This document shows, one piece after another, positions 17,481-27,798 of a stretch of 64,000 bases of DNA. The notes below the pieces were generated by a model, which worked only from the letters and a program-made list of their open reading frames with translations, searched no databases and was not told where the DNA came from. Both the position numbers and the translations under genes were made by a program. Numbering within the stretch: position 1 is the first letter of the stretch; the number at the start of each line of letters is the position of its first letter. Source of the stretch: Candidatus Bathyarchaeota archaeon (GTDB lineage: Archaea; Thermoproteota; Bathyarchaeia; Bathyarchaeales; Bathycorpusculaceae); contig OY970280.1 of NCBI GenBank assembly GCA_963715865.1, forward strand, positions 2,048,001 to 2,112,000, given 5' to 3'.

Positions 17481-19058
17481 CTATGGATTATTCTGTATAG
17501 CGTATAGTGCGGCGTCTAAGATTAAACCATTCGTATTACTGCCGACCTGTGAAACCGGATTCCCACTGTTATCAGCACCGTCAGAGTAACCGTTTGTAGG
17601 GGTTGGAAGGCTTTTCTCAAGATAAACAACCATATTTCGCGCAAACGTCGTGTTGTAAAGAGACAAGAAACTAAACGCCACTTTATTATAAATAACAGGA
17701 TTTATGTTCAAGTATGCGCCCGTCATAGCCGCTGTTATATTCCATGTATCACCATTAGGCGTAACCACCCATTCATATATGTAACCATTTGAAACGCTAT
17801 TTCCTTCACTAAAAGCCACATATTCGCCTGTCGCATTGTAAAATGCTTCGTGAGCCAAGTAAACTTGCCTTGCTAAAGCCATTAATCTAGTACTATTAAG
17901 TTCAAAAGCTGAACAAAGCAAAGGATCACCTGAAATTGCAGCTTTAGGCAATTGAACGCCATTAGTTGTGATATTTCCAGCATTAAACATATTATTCAAT
18001 ATCGTATCTGGAGCATTAGCGAGTTGATTAGGGAAAAAGCTTGCAAAACCGCTCCAACAATAGTAAGCATAAATACTAGTCGAGGTAAGGCTATCATTTC
18101 CGATGCTAGACACTAAAGCAGCATAGTTCGATCCCCCATTAGGATTTTCAGTTCCATTAAGAACTATGTTATCTATGCGCTGCGCCAAACTAGAGTTATA
18201 AGCTTTAAGATTGTTGAGGGCAACAAACAATCTCCCAGTATCAACAATATCAACAGCTCCACCAGCCAAATCTGAATGTCCATGATCGTCTAATCCAGTC
18301 GTCGCATCGTAGAACCAGAATGGATAATGAGTAGTATCATTAAGCGGCCGAGTTTCCAGAAAACTAACAACCTTCTCCAAACGTGCACTAGAACCCCAAG
18401 CGCCATCAGTGCCTATCAAACCTATTTTCTGTGCATCAATGACAGCTTGAATATAAACCCCTAAATCCCAATCAGTAAAAACTGAAAAACCGGTACCTTG
18501 GGCGTAAGGAAGCCCAGTATTAGAACCCACGCCTACACCAGGTTGAAAATATTGCCAAGCATTCGCCGCCACCGCCCGCCAAACAGTACTATTAATAGTT
18601 TGAGCAGACTCTATTACGCCAGGACCCTTAGGCAGAGAAAAAGCTTGCGCTGCACTCCCAGCCAAGTTACTGAAAAATTGGGCAAATTGGGAAAGCGCGT
18701 TGGATCCAGTTTGATTATTGGTCCCTTGAGTGGCTGACGGGGAGGCTGTTGAGTTATCACTGCTTTGCGGCGTATTAGGCGTGCTATTGTTCAGTTTTGG
18801 CAAAATTGCAAAAATAGAAACTAACATAACAGTTATAATCGCGAACACTATCAGACACTTCGCCTTTTTGCTAAATCGCCACCGATTCTGCCTAAAAAAG
18901 CCTTTTTTACGCTCAGCCTCAAGAGAAGCCTCTAAAGCAACAAGCCTAAGGCATAGAAGAGAGCGAACTTTTTTGTAATTAACCAACCTCTGCGTCATCT
19001 TTACAGGATTATATCGTTTTAAGTAAGTGGTAATTCCTCTCTTCGTAGAGCCAACCAC
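17481..19058 (-). CDS. Membrane-anchored DUF3131-like (alpha/alpha barrel glycosidase-like) protein
   Basis: TM helix, S/T/N-rich linker, AWQYF...TGLPY...TDWDLGVYI...DIVDTGRL. Confidence 0.75.
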   Translation of the reverse strand: MVGSTKRGITTYLKRYNPVKMTQRLVNYKKVRSLLCLRLVALEASLEAERKKGFFRQNRWRFSKKAKCLIVFAIITVMLVSIFAILPKLNNSTPNTPQSSDNSTASPSATQGTNNQTGSNALSQFAQFFSNLAGSAAQAFSLPKGPGVIESAQTINSTVWRAVAANAWQYFQPGVGVGSNTGLPYAQGTGFSVFTDWDLGVYIQAVIDAQKIGLIGTDGAWGSSARLEKVVSFLETRPLNDTTHYPFWFYDATTGLDDHGHSDLAGGAVDIVDTGRLFVALNNLKAYNSSLAQRIDNIVLNGTENPNGGSNYAALVSSIGNDSLTSTSIYAYYCWSGFASFFPNQLANAPDTILNNMFNAGNITTNGVQLPKAAISGDPLLCSAFELNSTRLMALARQVYLAHEAFYNATGEYVAFSEGNSVSNGYIYEWVVTPNGDTWNITAAMTGAYLNINPVIYNKVAFSFLSLYNTTFARNMVVYLEKSLPTPTNGYSDGADNSGNPVSQVGSNTNGLILDAALYAIQNNP

Positions 19059-19059
19059 C

Positions 19060-20025
19060 CTATTTTGGCTTCTCCCGGAAGTAGGTTATGACCTTATCGA
19101 GTCCTTCGCTTAGGTTAACATGAGGAGACCAGTTGAGCGCCCTCTTGATTTTTGCTGCATCAAGAACTATGTATGGCTGATCTGAAATTACTGGGCGGAA
19201 TGGATAGCCCGGAGGGTATGAGCCGAGTTTTATTTTCTTTCTGTCATACCCTATTTTGTCAGCAATCATTTGGGCTAGTTCTCTGTTGGTTACGCCGATT
19301 CCTGTTCCAGCGTTAAAAACTTGACCATCTGCTTTAGTGCTTTTGATGGCGAGAAAATAAGCATTGATGTGATCATCTACGTACATATAGTCTCTGATTG
19401 AGGCGGGAGCGCCTATGTACACGTTTTCGCCTTTAAGCATCTGCGTGACGAGGTACTCGATGAGGAAGCTGTTGTCGAACTTTCTGCCGTATGAATTTGC
19501 AGGTCTCATTACTGTCCCATGCAGTTCATAGGTGTAAAACATCATCTGCAGGTACAGGTCACCAGCTGCCTTGCTTACAGCATAGGGGCTTGAGGGCTTA
19601 AGTGGCAGGGACTCTTTCAGAGGCTGGTTTTCCTGTAGACCATAAACTTCCGCGGTTGAAGCCGCAAGCATTCGTCTGGTTTGCGCATCAGGGAGTTCAA
19701 GCATGGCGTGCGCAACATTCATCGTACCTATGAGGTTAGCTTGTTGGTACTCGAAAGGACGCTCAAAGGAGTCACGTACTGGACTAAGAGCAGCGAGATG
19801 TATTACAACATCAGGATTCGCAGTTTTTATTGCGTTGCGAGTAGAAGCGTAATCTGTGATGTCGCCTGTAATTAAAGTAATATCTTTCAGGATTTTTCCA
19901 ACAGCGTCAAGGTTTCTGTTCGCTACGCGACGAACGAGACCATAAACTTCGTCTCCGTTGTTAACTAGTTTTTCTGCAAGGTGGCTTCCTATGAAGCCGA
20001 GCATTCCCGTTATTAATACTTTCAT
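19060..20025 (-). CDS. NDP-sugar 4,6-dehydratase / NAD-dependent epimerase
   Basis: ITGMLGFIGSH, TAEVYG, YAVSK. Confidence 0.9.
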   Translation of the reverse strand: MKVLITGMLGFIGSHLAEKLVNNGDEVYGLVRRVANRNLDAVGKILKDITLITGDITDYASTRNAIKTANPDVVIHLAALSPVRDSFERPFEYQQANLIGTMNVAHAMLELPDAQTRRMLAASTAEVYGLQENQPLKESLPLKPSSPYAVSKAAGDLYLQMMFYTYELHGTVMRPANSYGRKFDNSFLIEYLVTQMLKGENVYIGAPASIRDYMYVDDHINAYFLAIKSTKADGQVFNAGTGIGVTNRELAQMIADKIGYDRKKIKLGSYPPGYPFRPVISDQPYIVLDAAKIKRALNWSPHVNLSEGLDKVITYFREKPK

Positions 20026-20028
20026 AGT

Positions 20029-20739
20029 TTATTGTCCTCTTAGCGAAGTAAACTCTTGTTCTGCAACAGATAAATCCTTAATACTATTAATAGTTAACCA
20101 CTTCTCATTTTCGCTCAGCCTATACGCTTTAAGCAGTCTTTTCTTGGCAAGCACCGAAAAAGTTAGCCTTTCCATGGATCCCGTTATCGGCAGGTAGTCA
20201 GAAATGGCGTGGTTGAAAACGTATATTCCTGCGCTTACACACGTATCTTTGAGAAGAGGTTTTTCTTTGAATTCCACTATATCGTTTTCTTCGATTTCAA
20301 GCACTGCAAAAGGTGACCTCATTGGCGAAACAGCTATGGTCGCCACCGGCTTATGGCGCAGATGAAAATCAACAAACTTTTCAATATTCAAATTGGTTAA
20401 CTCGTCTCCGTTCATGGCTAAAAAATTCTCGTCATTTACGTGTCTTTTGATGGCGAGGCGGAAGCCTTCACCAGTTTCCCCTTCTTGTGTGTGTTCACTG
20501 AAGTCTACACTAATGCCTAACGGGTTTTCCTTGACGTATTTTATTACGACTTCCTTTTGATATGAAACGCCTAAGACGGCATGATCAAAGCCGTTGTCTC
20601 TTAACCAAGTTAGAGTCCAGTAGATAAGGGGTTTTCCATTTAGGGGAATCATGCATTTGGGCAGGTCTTCTGTTAGAGGGCGCATTCTAAGACCAGCGCC
20701 ACCTATTAACACGACTGCAGTTCGAACTTTATTCTGCAT
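20029..20739 (-). CDS. Sugar-1-phosphate nucleotidyltransferase
   Basis: LIGGAGLRMRPLT, LPKCMIP, NGD. Confidence 0.9.
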   Translation of the reverse strand: MQNKVRTAVVLIGGAGLRMRPLTEDLPKCMIPLNGKPLIYWTLTWLRDNGFDHAVLGVSYQKEVVIKYVKENPLGISVDFSEHTQEGETGEGFRLAIKRHVNDENFLAMNGDELTNLNIEKFVDFHLRHKPVATIAVSPMRSPFAVLEIEENDIVEFKEKPLLKDTCVSAGIYVFNHAISDYLPITGSMERLTFSVLAKKRLLKAYRLSENEKWLTINSIKDLSVAEQEFTSLRGQ

Positions 20740-20885
20740 GGTAGCCTCACCAACGCAATGTCATGGATGGGTAAGTTAAATATATAAACTTTGAACCCAA
20801 AACCTAAAATCAAGACAACTCAATTCTATATAAGGAAGAAGAAAAATGGTTGAATTTGTGAGTTAATCGTTGTCCAGTTATTTCA

Positions 20886-22148
20886 CTAATCAGCGCTGTT
20901 CGATATCACTTTGAAATGAGGTATAGCCACAATCATTTTTCCGCCGTTCTTGAGGAAGTCTTTTTCTTGTTCCTTGATCTCTTCGAGGAAGTGATATGGC
21001 AAGACAAGCAAATAATCGGGTTTTTGTTTCCTGTATTCTTCAACAGACATAATTGGGATGCCTGTGCTCACTATGTATTTTCCCCACTTGTCAGAGTTCA
21101 TGTCTGCTGAGCCCGCAATCAACTTGTTGTCTATGCCGAAATATTGCAGGACAACTAAGCCGCGAGTGGAGGCGCCGTATATGAAAACTTTCTTTCCAGC
21201 TTTCACTTCTCTAGACAGAAACGTCATCAACTCTTTCTTGGATTTTTCTATTTGTTTCGCGAATTCATCGTAGACTTTGAGGTTATCAAAGCCCATTTTT
21301 TCTTCATAGTTCTTTTGCTTTATGAGTCTTTCTTCGCTGCCCAAAAAGCCCTTAACTTGTGCACCTTTGTGCTTCACATATATTCTGAAGCTGCCGCCGT
21401 TTACGTCATTGAGTTCCACGTCAAACGCTTCCAAATAATGCCTATCGAGAAGGTTTGAAAGTGAAAGCACAGAGTAGTATTCAAGATGCTCGTGACTGAT
21501 GTTGTCAAAGGTGTTATTCTCCAACATCAAGCCCAAGTAGTTCATCTGGATTATCCATACACCGTTCTCGTCGAGGCATTTCCTTATGTCTTCCACGAAC
21601 GAGTTGGGATCTTCCAGATCGTAGAACATAGCGATGCTGGTTATCACCTTTGCTTTTTTCTCTCCGAATTCTTTTCGAAACGAGTTATGATTGAAATAGT
21701 TATTGATTATCTTTGTGTTTCCCTTAGTTGCCAGTTTCCACAGATTTGAAGGCTCAAAACCGACAGTTATCAAACCGGGGACTTTGTATTGTCTAAGTAA
21801 GGTTCCATCATTTGCGCCTATATCCACTACAACGTCGTCTGCAGACAACTTGATTATCCGCTTAGCAGCGGTTGTGATATCAGCTAGGGCTTTAACCATT
21901 GTGGAGCTTATGCCCGACTGATACCAGTATTTTTTATAGAGAACATCACGTTGCACGGTATGTTTCAGTTGTAGAAGCCCACAGCCGCCGTCTTTTGCAT
22001 TACAGAGAACCAATTCCAGAGGTCCCCTGGGATAATCACCTTTTGGGTCATCGACAAAATTGGTTACAAACTGATTCCCCAATGACAATATTGGAACGAG
22101 CTTGCTTGATCCACATACTCGACAAGTTTTTCGTGTTTTAATCGGCAT
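20886..22148 (-). CDS. NDP-hexose C-methyltransferase (Zn-binding, SAM-dependent)
   Basis: CRVCG...C...CGLLQL, VDIGANDGTLL, HEHLEYY, YGASTRG. Confidence 0.88.
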   Translation of the reverse strand: MPIKTRKTCRVCGSSKLVPILSLGNQFVTNFVDDPKGDYPRGPLELVLCNAKDGGCGLLQLKHTVQRDVLYKKYWYQSGISSTMVKALADITTAAKRIIKLSADDVVVDIGANDGTLLRQYKVPGLITVGFEPSNLWKLATKGNTKIINNYFNHNSFRKEFGEKKAKVITSIAMFYDLEDPNSFVEDIRKCLDENGVWIIQMNYLGLMLENNTFDNISHEHLEYYSVLSLSNLLDRHYLEAFDVELNDVNGGSFRIYVKHKGAQVKGFLGSEERLIKQKNYEEKMGFDNLKVYDEFAKQIEKSKKELMTFLSREVKAGKKVFIYGASTRGLVVLQYFGIDNKLIAGSADMNSDKWGKYIVSTGIPIMSVEEYRKQKPDYLLVLPYHFLEEIKEQEKDFLKNGGKMIVAIPHFKVISNSAD

Positions 22149-22508
22149 TGTTTCGCCCAGACTTTGGTTCATTTTTCGTGCGCAAGTATATAATCTTTTA
22201 ACTTTCCAATTGTTTTACGGAACCTCGCTCCAAAGAGAGGTCGTGACATTAGAATTACACCTCGGAAGGAGTAAGGGCATGTTGCGCCTAAGTCAATCCG
22301 ACAATTTACTTCCAAGGAATAGAATTTTATCTGAAGGCTTAGTTGTCGCATTCCTCAGAGGACTGTTCCCATGATGTACGTTTTAGCGGAGCAGATTAAT
22401 GTTAAGTAATTTCTGTTCTAGAACAACAGAGTATTACTTTCCAACTACTTTTTGGGGTTTGTGAAAAGCTTTAAAATAAAGCATGTGCTTTATTATGGTG
22501 CCGACAGT

Positions 22509-22658
22509 TTGGCTAAAATTCACACAAGCATAATTATTGACGTGGACTTGTAGCGTGCTTGGATAAAGTACTGTGCCAACAAGACAGGTTCGGCTAAATG
22601 TTCTAGTGCAATGAGCGAGAAAGCGTTGAAAGAATACATGGAAACGCATCCATTTTAG
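22509..22658 (+). pseudogene. Ribbon-helix-helix-like small protein interrupted by in-frame TAG
   Basis: MAKIHTSIIIDVDL*RAWIKYC...SEKALKEYMETHPF; TAG at 22551 where Trp (TGG) would be expected. Confidence 0.45.
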
Positions 22659-22667
22659 CTTTCTTGG

Positions 22668-23597
22668 TTGGAAGGTGTTTTATTGAAGAGGTTTGTTAAG
22701 TCTCATAAGCACTTGCTTGGTTTAGCAAGGAAACTGCTTCGCAAAAAGAAAAGGAGTATTCGTGAGTTCACCTCATTCAAGCAGGCTGAAAAGGATATTT
22801 CAGAGTGGATTAAAACTTTTCCTGAGCGATATGATTTGGTTTTGGGGATTCCTAGAAGCGGGTTGTATGTGGCTTCTTTGGTGGCTTTGAAGTTGGGGCT
22901 TCCGATTTCTACTCCGAGTGCTTTTTTGCGCGGTGAGGTTTGGTTTAGTAAAGGTGCGGCTACTTCAGTTTTGCGTACTGTGTTACTGGTTGATGATGGT
23001 GTTGGCGATGGGTTTGATGGCCAGATGGTTCAAAACTTTAACGTGTTAACTCAAGCTTTTCCGAATTTAAGGTTTGTTCGCGCTGCCCTCTACATCTATT
23101 CGAACTGCGCCAATGCTGTAGATTTGTATTATCGGTTTTACGATGTTCAATATTTGAATCGTGAAGAATGGAATTTGCTGCATCGTAAGTTTGGGGTGGT
23201 AGGGTTTGATATGGACGGTACACTTTGCCATGATTGGGATGAAAAAAGATATAGTTCATATAACGAGTTTATTGTTTGCGCTGAACCTTATTTGATTCCC
23301 AACTTTAAGATTGACTATATTATCACAAGCCGTGAAGAGCGGTATCGAGATGAAACATTAGCATGGCTTAATAAGTATGGTGTAAAGTTTGGACAGCTAA
23401 TTATGAGGAAGAACCGAGACAAAAGCGCCGTATTCAAGGCAACTCAGATTAAAGCTTTAAAGCTTGATTGGTATTTTGAAAATAATCTTGCAGAAGCTAA
23501 ATTTATTCATAAGAAAACTGGTGTGCCTGTGCTGAATGTTTCGTCTATGTCATTGATTGGTAGCAAGCATAAGTTTGCACTTTGGAGGAATTCTTAA
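22668..23597 (+). CDS. Type I phosphoribosyltransferase-like + HAD phosphatase fusion
   Basis: VLGIPRSG and VLLVDDGVGDG (PRPP loop); FDMDGTL, IITSRE, K, YFEN (HAD motifs I-IV). Confidence 0.8.
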   Translation: MEGVLLKRFVKSHKHLLGLARKLLRKKKRSIREFTSFKQAEKDISEWIKTFPERYDLVLGIPRSGLYVASLVALKLGLPISTPSAFLRGEVWFSKGAATSVLRTVLLVDDGVGDGFDGQMVQNFNVLTQAFPNLRFVRAALYIYSNCANAVDLYYRFYDVQYLNREEWNLLHRKFGVVGFDMDGTLCHDWDEKRYSSYNEFIVCAEPYLIPNFKIDYIITSREERYRDETLAWLNKYGVKFGQLIMRKNRDKSAVFKATQIKALKLDWYFENNLAEAKFIHKKTGVPVLNVSSMSLIGSKHKFALWRNS

Positions 23598-23710
23598 CGG
23601 CAAATAGAACTAACGGCGTAAACCAATGAATGTGGCTCCACTGTTTAAGGTGAAATTTAGCATAAACATTTATCTTCAATTAAGTAGCATTTTAAAGAGT
23701 TGACATTGGT

Positions 23711-24873
23711 ATGGAAGCCCTTGAAGAAAAAGCTCCCGGATTTCAACATGATACAAAAAAGCAGGATTCTATCCAGTTAAATAGAGGCGAGAACGTCTCG
23801 GAGTCTGCTGATCTGGTTGTGAGAGAATAGCATCCGAGAAAAATAATTTACTTTCGCTTTGCATACCAACATACAATCATGCGGAGCCATTAAGGAAAAC
23901 CTTGGAATCCATGATTCCTCAAGCCCGACAATATAACATTCCGATATACGTTTCCGACAATGCATCAACCGATCACACAATAAAGGTTTTGGAATCCTTT
24001 CAAAAATATTATCCTCTGCTGTTCTTTAAGTCAAACAAGGAAAATGTGGGCGTCGATCAAAATATGGTTAACGCCGCACTTATGGCTTCTTCAAAATACA
24101 TTTGGACAATCGGTGCCAGACGCATTATCCTGCTTGGAATGCTGAAAAAGATTTACAAGATTCTTGAAGAATCTGACTGGGATTTGGTAGTTCTAAATGA
24201 TTTAACATCGGTTTTCAGGGTCCCTAAAACCCAAAGATACACTTCCGCTCAAAGAGTTTTCATGGAACTGAACCGCAACTTGACGGGATTGGGATTTCAA
24301 ATTCTTCCGGCAGAAGCATGGAAATCAGAATCCTTGCCAAAATACGTAGGTACAGAATGGACGATTATTGGGTTGTGCCTCGAGTACATCGCTTATAAAA
24401 AGAACCTGAATGTTTATTTCTTGGCTGAGCCTTGCGCAACCGATTCAGGAAAGAGCCACTGGAAACCCAATTGCTTCCAGATTTGGACGAATTTGAAAAA
24501 AGTCATTCGTTCTCTACCGGAAGTTTACTCTGCCGAGGATAAAGAGCGTGTTATTAGAAATCTCGCAAATGCTCTTTTTGTACCTAAATTTAGCATAATG
24601 GGTATGGGATGGTCATTTTCGTTGGTAGCCCTGAGAAGCGAGAGAATTTATAACTCTGACGTATTCGATAATTACAGAGAAGACTTAGCCCAATATGCGA
24701 GCTACTCTCCAGCCTTGGCATATGTCATCGCCAAGTTCCCTATTCCGCCAATAAGATTATATCTTATCCTTTACGATATAGTAAGGGCAAGCGCACGGCT
24801 ATTTATCCATACTCGAGTGCCCATTAACCCTCGCACAAGGCGAAATATCTCTTACTCATGCGAAGAATCATGA
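23711..24873 (+). pseudogene. GT2 glycosyltransferase with a frameshift near the 5' end
   Basis: LLSLCIPTYNHAEPL lies upstream of the ORF-track start (23902) with no start codon in frame; ATG 23711 frame stops at 23830. Confidence 0.65.
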
Positions 24874-24889
24874 CAACATAATTAAGATT

Positions 24890-26023
24890 TTAACTGATTA
24901 AGGTTTGCACATGAAACCAGATGCTATTTTGAAACGCTTCAATATTTAATGCTGAAATTTTACTCCACAGTTCTTTGCGCTTCTTCTCCCAATTTGCACT
25001 TTCCTGTGTAGGTTCTATGTATTTGACGATTTTTTCTTTCAAGTCAGCGTAGTTTTCCCATCTGAATTCTTCGGGGATAAACTCTTTCATTCCTCCGCTG
25101 TTGTGAACCAGAGTGATACATCCGCTTGCTAAACCTTCAACCGGAGCTATGCCGAAGTGTTCTCCTTCCATTAAGTGCACGTAAACCCTTGAATCATGCA
25201 TAATTTCAAGCAAGTCTGCCCCTGGCAAGTTGGTTTTCAAAGTATAATTTTGAGGAAGGTTTTCAGAGAATTTGTTGAACCAGTTTTTTTCTGCTTCTAT
25301 TAATCCGCCGATGCTTACAAACTCGTAGGCTGGTAAGTCAGTGGCTAACTTTTTCATTATTTCATGCCTTTTATGGGGAATAAAACGGGCTACGTAAATT
25401 ACTCTTTTTCGCCTCTCTGACAGCGGCTTGTCGCACCAGAAATTATCGAGGTTTACTGGTGGGTAAACAACAATTGGGTCTTTTACGCCGTGTGTTTTCC
25501 AGTAGCGTTCTATCATTTCTTTGGTATAGTTGCTGTTGCAGAAAACCATGTCCAGTTTATTTATTCCTTGTTCAACCCATTTCTTGAACAGCCACAAGTA
25601 AACTTTCCTTTTCAGCTTAGATCGGTCATAGTCGAAGTGTATTTCTGGGAAGTGTACGTAAGCAATGTTCTTCTTGGCTTTGTTTAAGAAAACTGGTTCA
25701 AACGGGGAGGATGATTGTGTGGAAAACAAGTAATCGTATTCCAAGCGGTTTCTATATTTTTTTAGTAACTTTACAAAGTTATGATGTCTTTTGTAAATGA
25801 TGAAGGGCGGTTCAACCTCTATTCTTTTTCCTAACGAATGAACAGTGACCTCTTTGGGAAAATTTTGTCCTACTATATCTCTATACCTGTCAGCGTCAAA
25901 ATCGAAAGTTAACAATTCCACTTTTTGTCCATGCGCAACTAGAGTTTTGATTACGTTGTGGCATACTCTTTCGCTTCCGCCGTAAATGTCTAGGTATGGG
26001 TGAACCACAAGAAATTTTGCCAA
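24890..26023 (-). CDS. GT4 glycosyltransferase
   Basis: GGSERV, VVYPPV, EHFGIAPVEGLASG. Confidence 0.92.
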   Translation of the reverse strand: MAKFLVVHPYLDIYGGSERVCHNVIKTLVAHGQKVELLTFDFDADRYRDIVGQNFPKEVTVHSLGKRIEVEPPFIIYKRHHNFVKLLKKYRNRLEYDYLFSTQSSSPFEPVFLNKAKKNIAYVHFPEIHFDYDRSKLKRKVYLWLFKKWVEQGINKLDMVFCNSNYTKEMIERYWKTHGVKDPIVVYPPVNLDNFWCDKPLSERRKRVIYVARFIPHKRHEIMKKLATDLPAYEFVSIGGLIEAEKNWFNKFSENLPQNYTLKTNLPGADLLEIMHDSRVYVHLMEGEHFGIAPVEGLASGCITLVHNSGGMKEFIPEEFRWENYADLKEKIVKYIEPTQESANWEKKRKELWSKISALNIEAFQNSIWFHVQTLIS

Positions 26024-26648
26024 GTTATTTCAGCCTGATACCTTACTCGTTTGGTTATTTAATAGGCGTTATTTAGTGGTACCTAATGAAGTTTTATTTA
26101 ACAAGCTACCTGCATGTGGATAAGCCCTCTGGAGTACCTCAAGCTACAATATGGAAAGGCATACATACAGTACGCTTGGCAATATCTCTATATCTAATCT
26201 GTCATGCTAAGAACTGGCAGAGAACTAATAGTTAGGTTAAAAGTAAATTTTTATGGATGGTTGCATAAACTTGTAAGCTTGCGTGAGATTATAGCTAAAT
26301 ATCGAAACAGAACGGCGAAACCTTTAGCAGTAGAATAAACATTTACAATTATCACAGCCCATGTCAGATTATGCAGGCGCGCGCTCATATGGGTTCAGGC
26401 TGGGACCCCTTAAGATACCCACTTTATGCAAGGTTAATCACTACTCGAATGTTGATCGCCATTTGAAAAGCAATAATGTTATCCGAACATAATAATTTAT
26501 CATAAAAAGATAAAGAAAATTTACGGCGCTGATATTAATTCATGGCATTATGCTTGAACATATGAAATTCAGTCCAAATTCCCTAAATTCCGAAAACGGA
26601 ACTATACGTTTTGAAAAAACAGGGATCAATTTTAAACGATTACGGTTT

Positions 26649-26834
26649 TTAATAATGAAGTGCAATTTCAACAGTTTTATCCGTTGAGAATCCGTCTGCG
26701 ATGATTATCTCGATATTTTGATAAGTTTGATTTTTTATGGACTCTAAACATATGGGTAATTGTTTTTCTGAATTGAACGTAGGAATTATTACTGAAACCA
26801 GAGGATGATGTTCTAAATCGGCTTTAAGGCTCAT
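26649..26834 (-). pseudogene. Truncated GT2 glycosyltransferase (first about 61 aa)
   Basis: VSVIIPTFNSE...IIIADGFSTDKT then stop; ATGA-coupled to the upstream epimerase. Confidence 0.75.
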
Positions 26835-27796
26835 CTTATGCTTCTGTACCATTCTATTGTTTTTTCTAAACCTTCGTTAAGTGATACCTTTGGTTCCCAA
26901 TTTAAGATGTCATGTGCCAATGAATTATCGCAGTACATGTCCCATATTTCGTTTTCCCTGTATTGTAATGCCCCTATTCTTAGGTTGTCAACTTTTCCTA
27001 TTTTTTTTGCAATCAACATGGCTATTTCTTTTATGCTTATGGATAGCCCAGATCCAATATTTAGTATTTTGCCTTGACTATCCTTAGAAAATAGTGACCG
27101 AATTATAGCATCCAACAAGTCTTCAATGTAGTTAAATTCCCTTTTTTGTTCCCCTTTGGTTAATGGTACTTCTTCGTCATTTAATAATTTCTTAATGATA
27201 AAGGGAATGATTCTTTCGGGTGTTTGGTATTTACCATAAAGATTAAAGCTTCTCAAAATTGTTACTGGAATTTCAAAAACGTTGTGAAACATAATTAAAA
27301 ACATTTCGGCAGCTGCTTTGCTTGCAGAATAAGGGGAAACAGGCCGTGCCAGTTGATTTTCTCTAAAAGGCGGATTAATTCCTCCATATATATCGCTCGT
27401 ACTTAAGAACACAAAATTGTTAAGATTTGCTTTTTTGGAACCTTTTAGAATGGCTAATGTACCTTTAAGATTTATATCAATTGCGAGCTCTGCTTTTTCA
27501 AAAGTCCGCTCTAAATTTGTCATTCCTGCTAAGTGTATCACAAAATCTGGCGATATGTTTTGGACTAATGCAACAGCCTTATCGCTTTGTCTTAAGTCAA
27601 CGTTGTAAAAGGGCAAAGAATCAAGGTCAAAGGGTATATAGTTTTTATCTAAGCCGCTCATGTCAGGTCTAAAATCCATTATTGTTGGCTCAACGTCCAT
27701 CTCTAATAGTTTTTTTACCAGATTTACTCCTACAAAACCTAATCCACCAGTTATCAATATTTTTTTATCTTTTAAATAACTGTAATCTTGCTCCAT
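26831..27796 (-). CDS. NAD-dependent NDP-sugar epimerase/4-reductase
   Basis: ITGGLGFVG, TSDIYG, YSASK; start set at MEQDY. Confidence 0.88.
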   Translation of the reverse strand: MEQDYSYLKDKKILITGGLGFVGVNLVKKLLEMDVEPTIMDFRPDMSGLDKNYIPFDLDSLPFYNVDLRQSDKAVALVQNISPDFVIHLAGMTNLERTFEKAELAIDINLKGTLAILKGSKKANLNNFVFLSTSDIYGGINPPFRENQLARPVSPYSASKAAAEMFLIMFHNVFEIPVTILRSFNLYGKYQTPERIIPFIIKKLLNDEEVPLTKGEQKREFNYIEDLLDAIIRSLFSKDSQGKILNIGSGLSISIKEIAMLIAKKIGKVDNLRIGALQYRENEIWDMYCDNSLAHDILNWEPKVSLNEGLEKTIEWYRSIR

Positions 27797-27798
27797 GA

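Noticed and set aside
23755-23761. A-AAA-AAG programmed -1 frameshift site in the GT2 leader
   Set aside because: The -1 frame meets TAG at 23782-23784, so it cannot produce the enzyme
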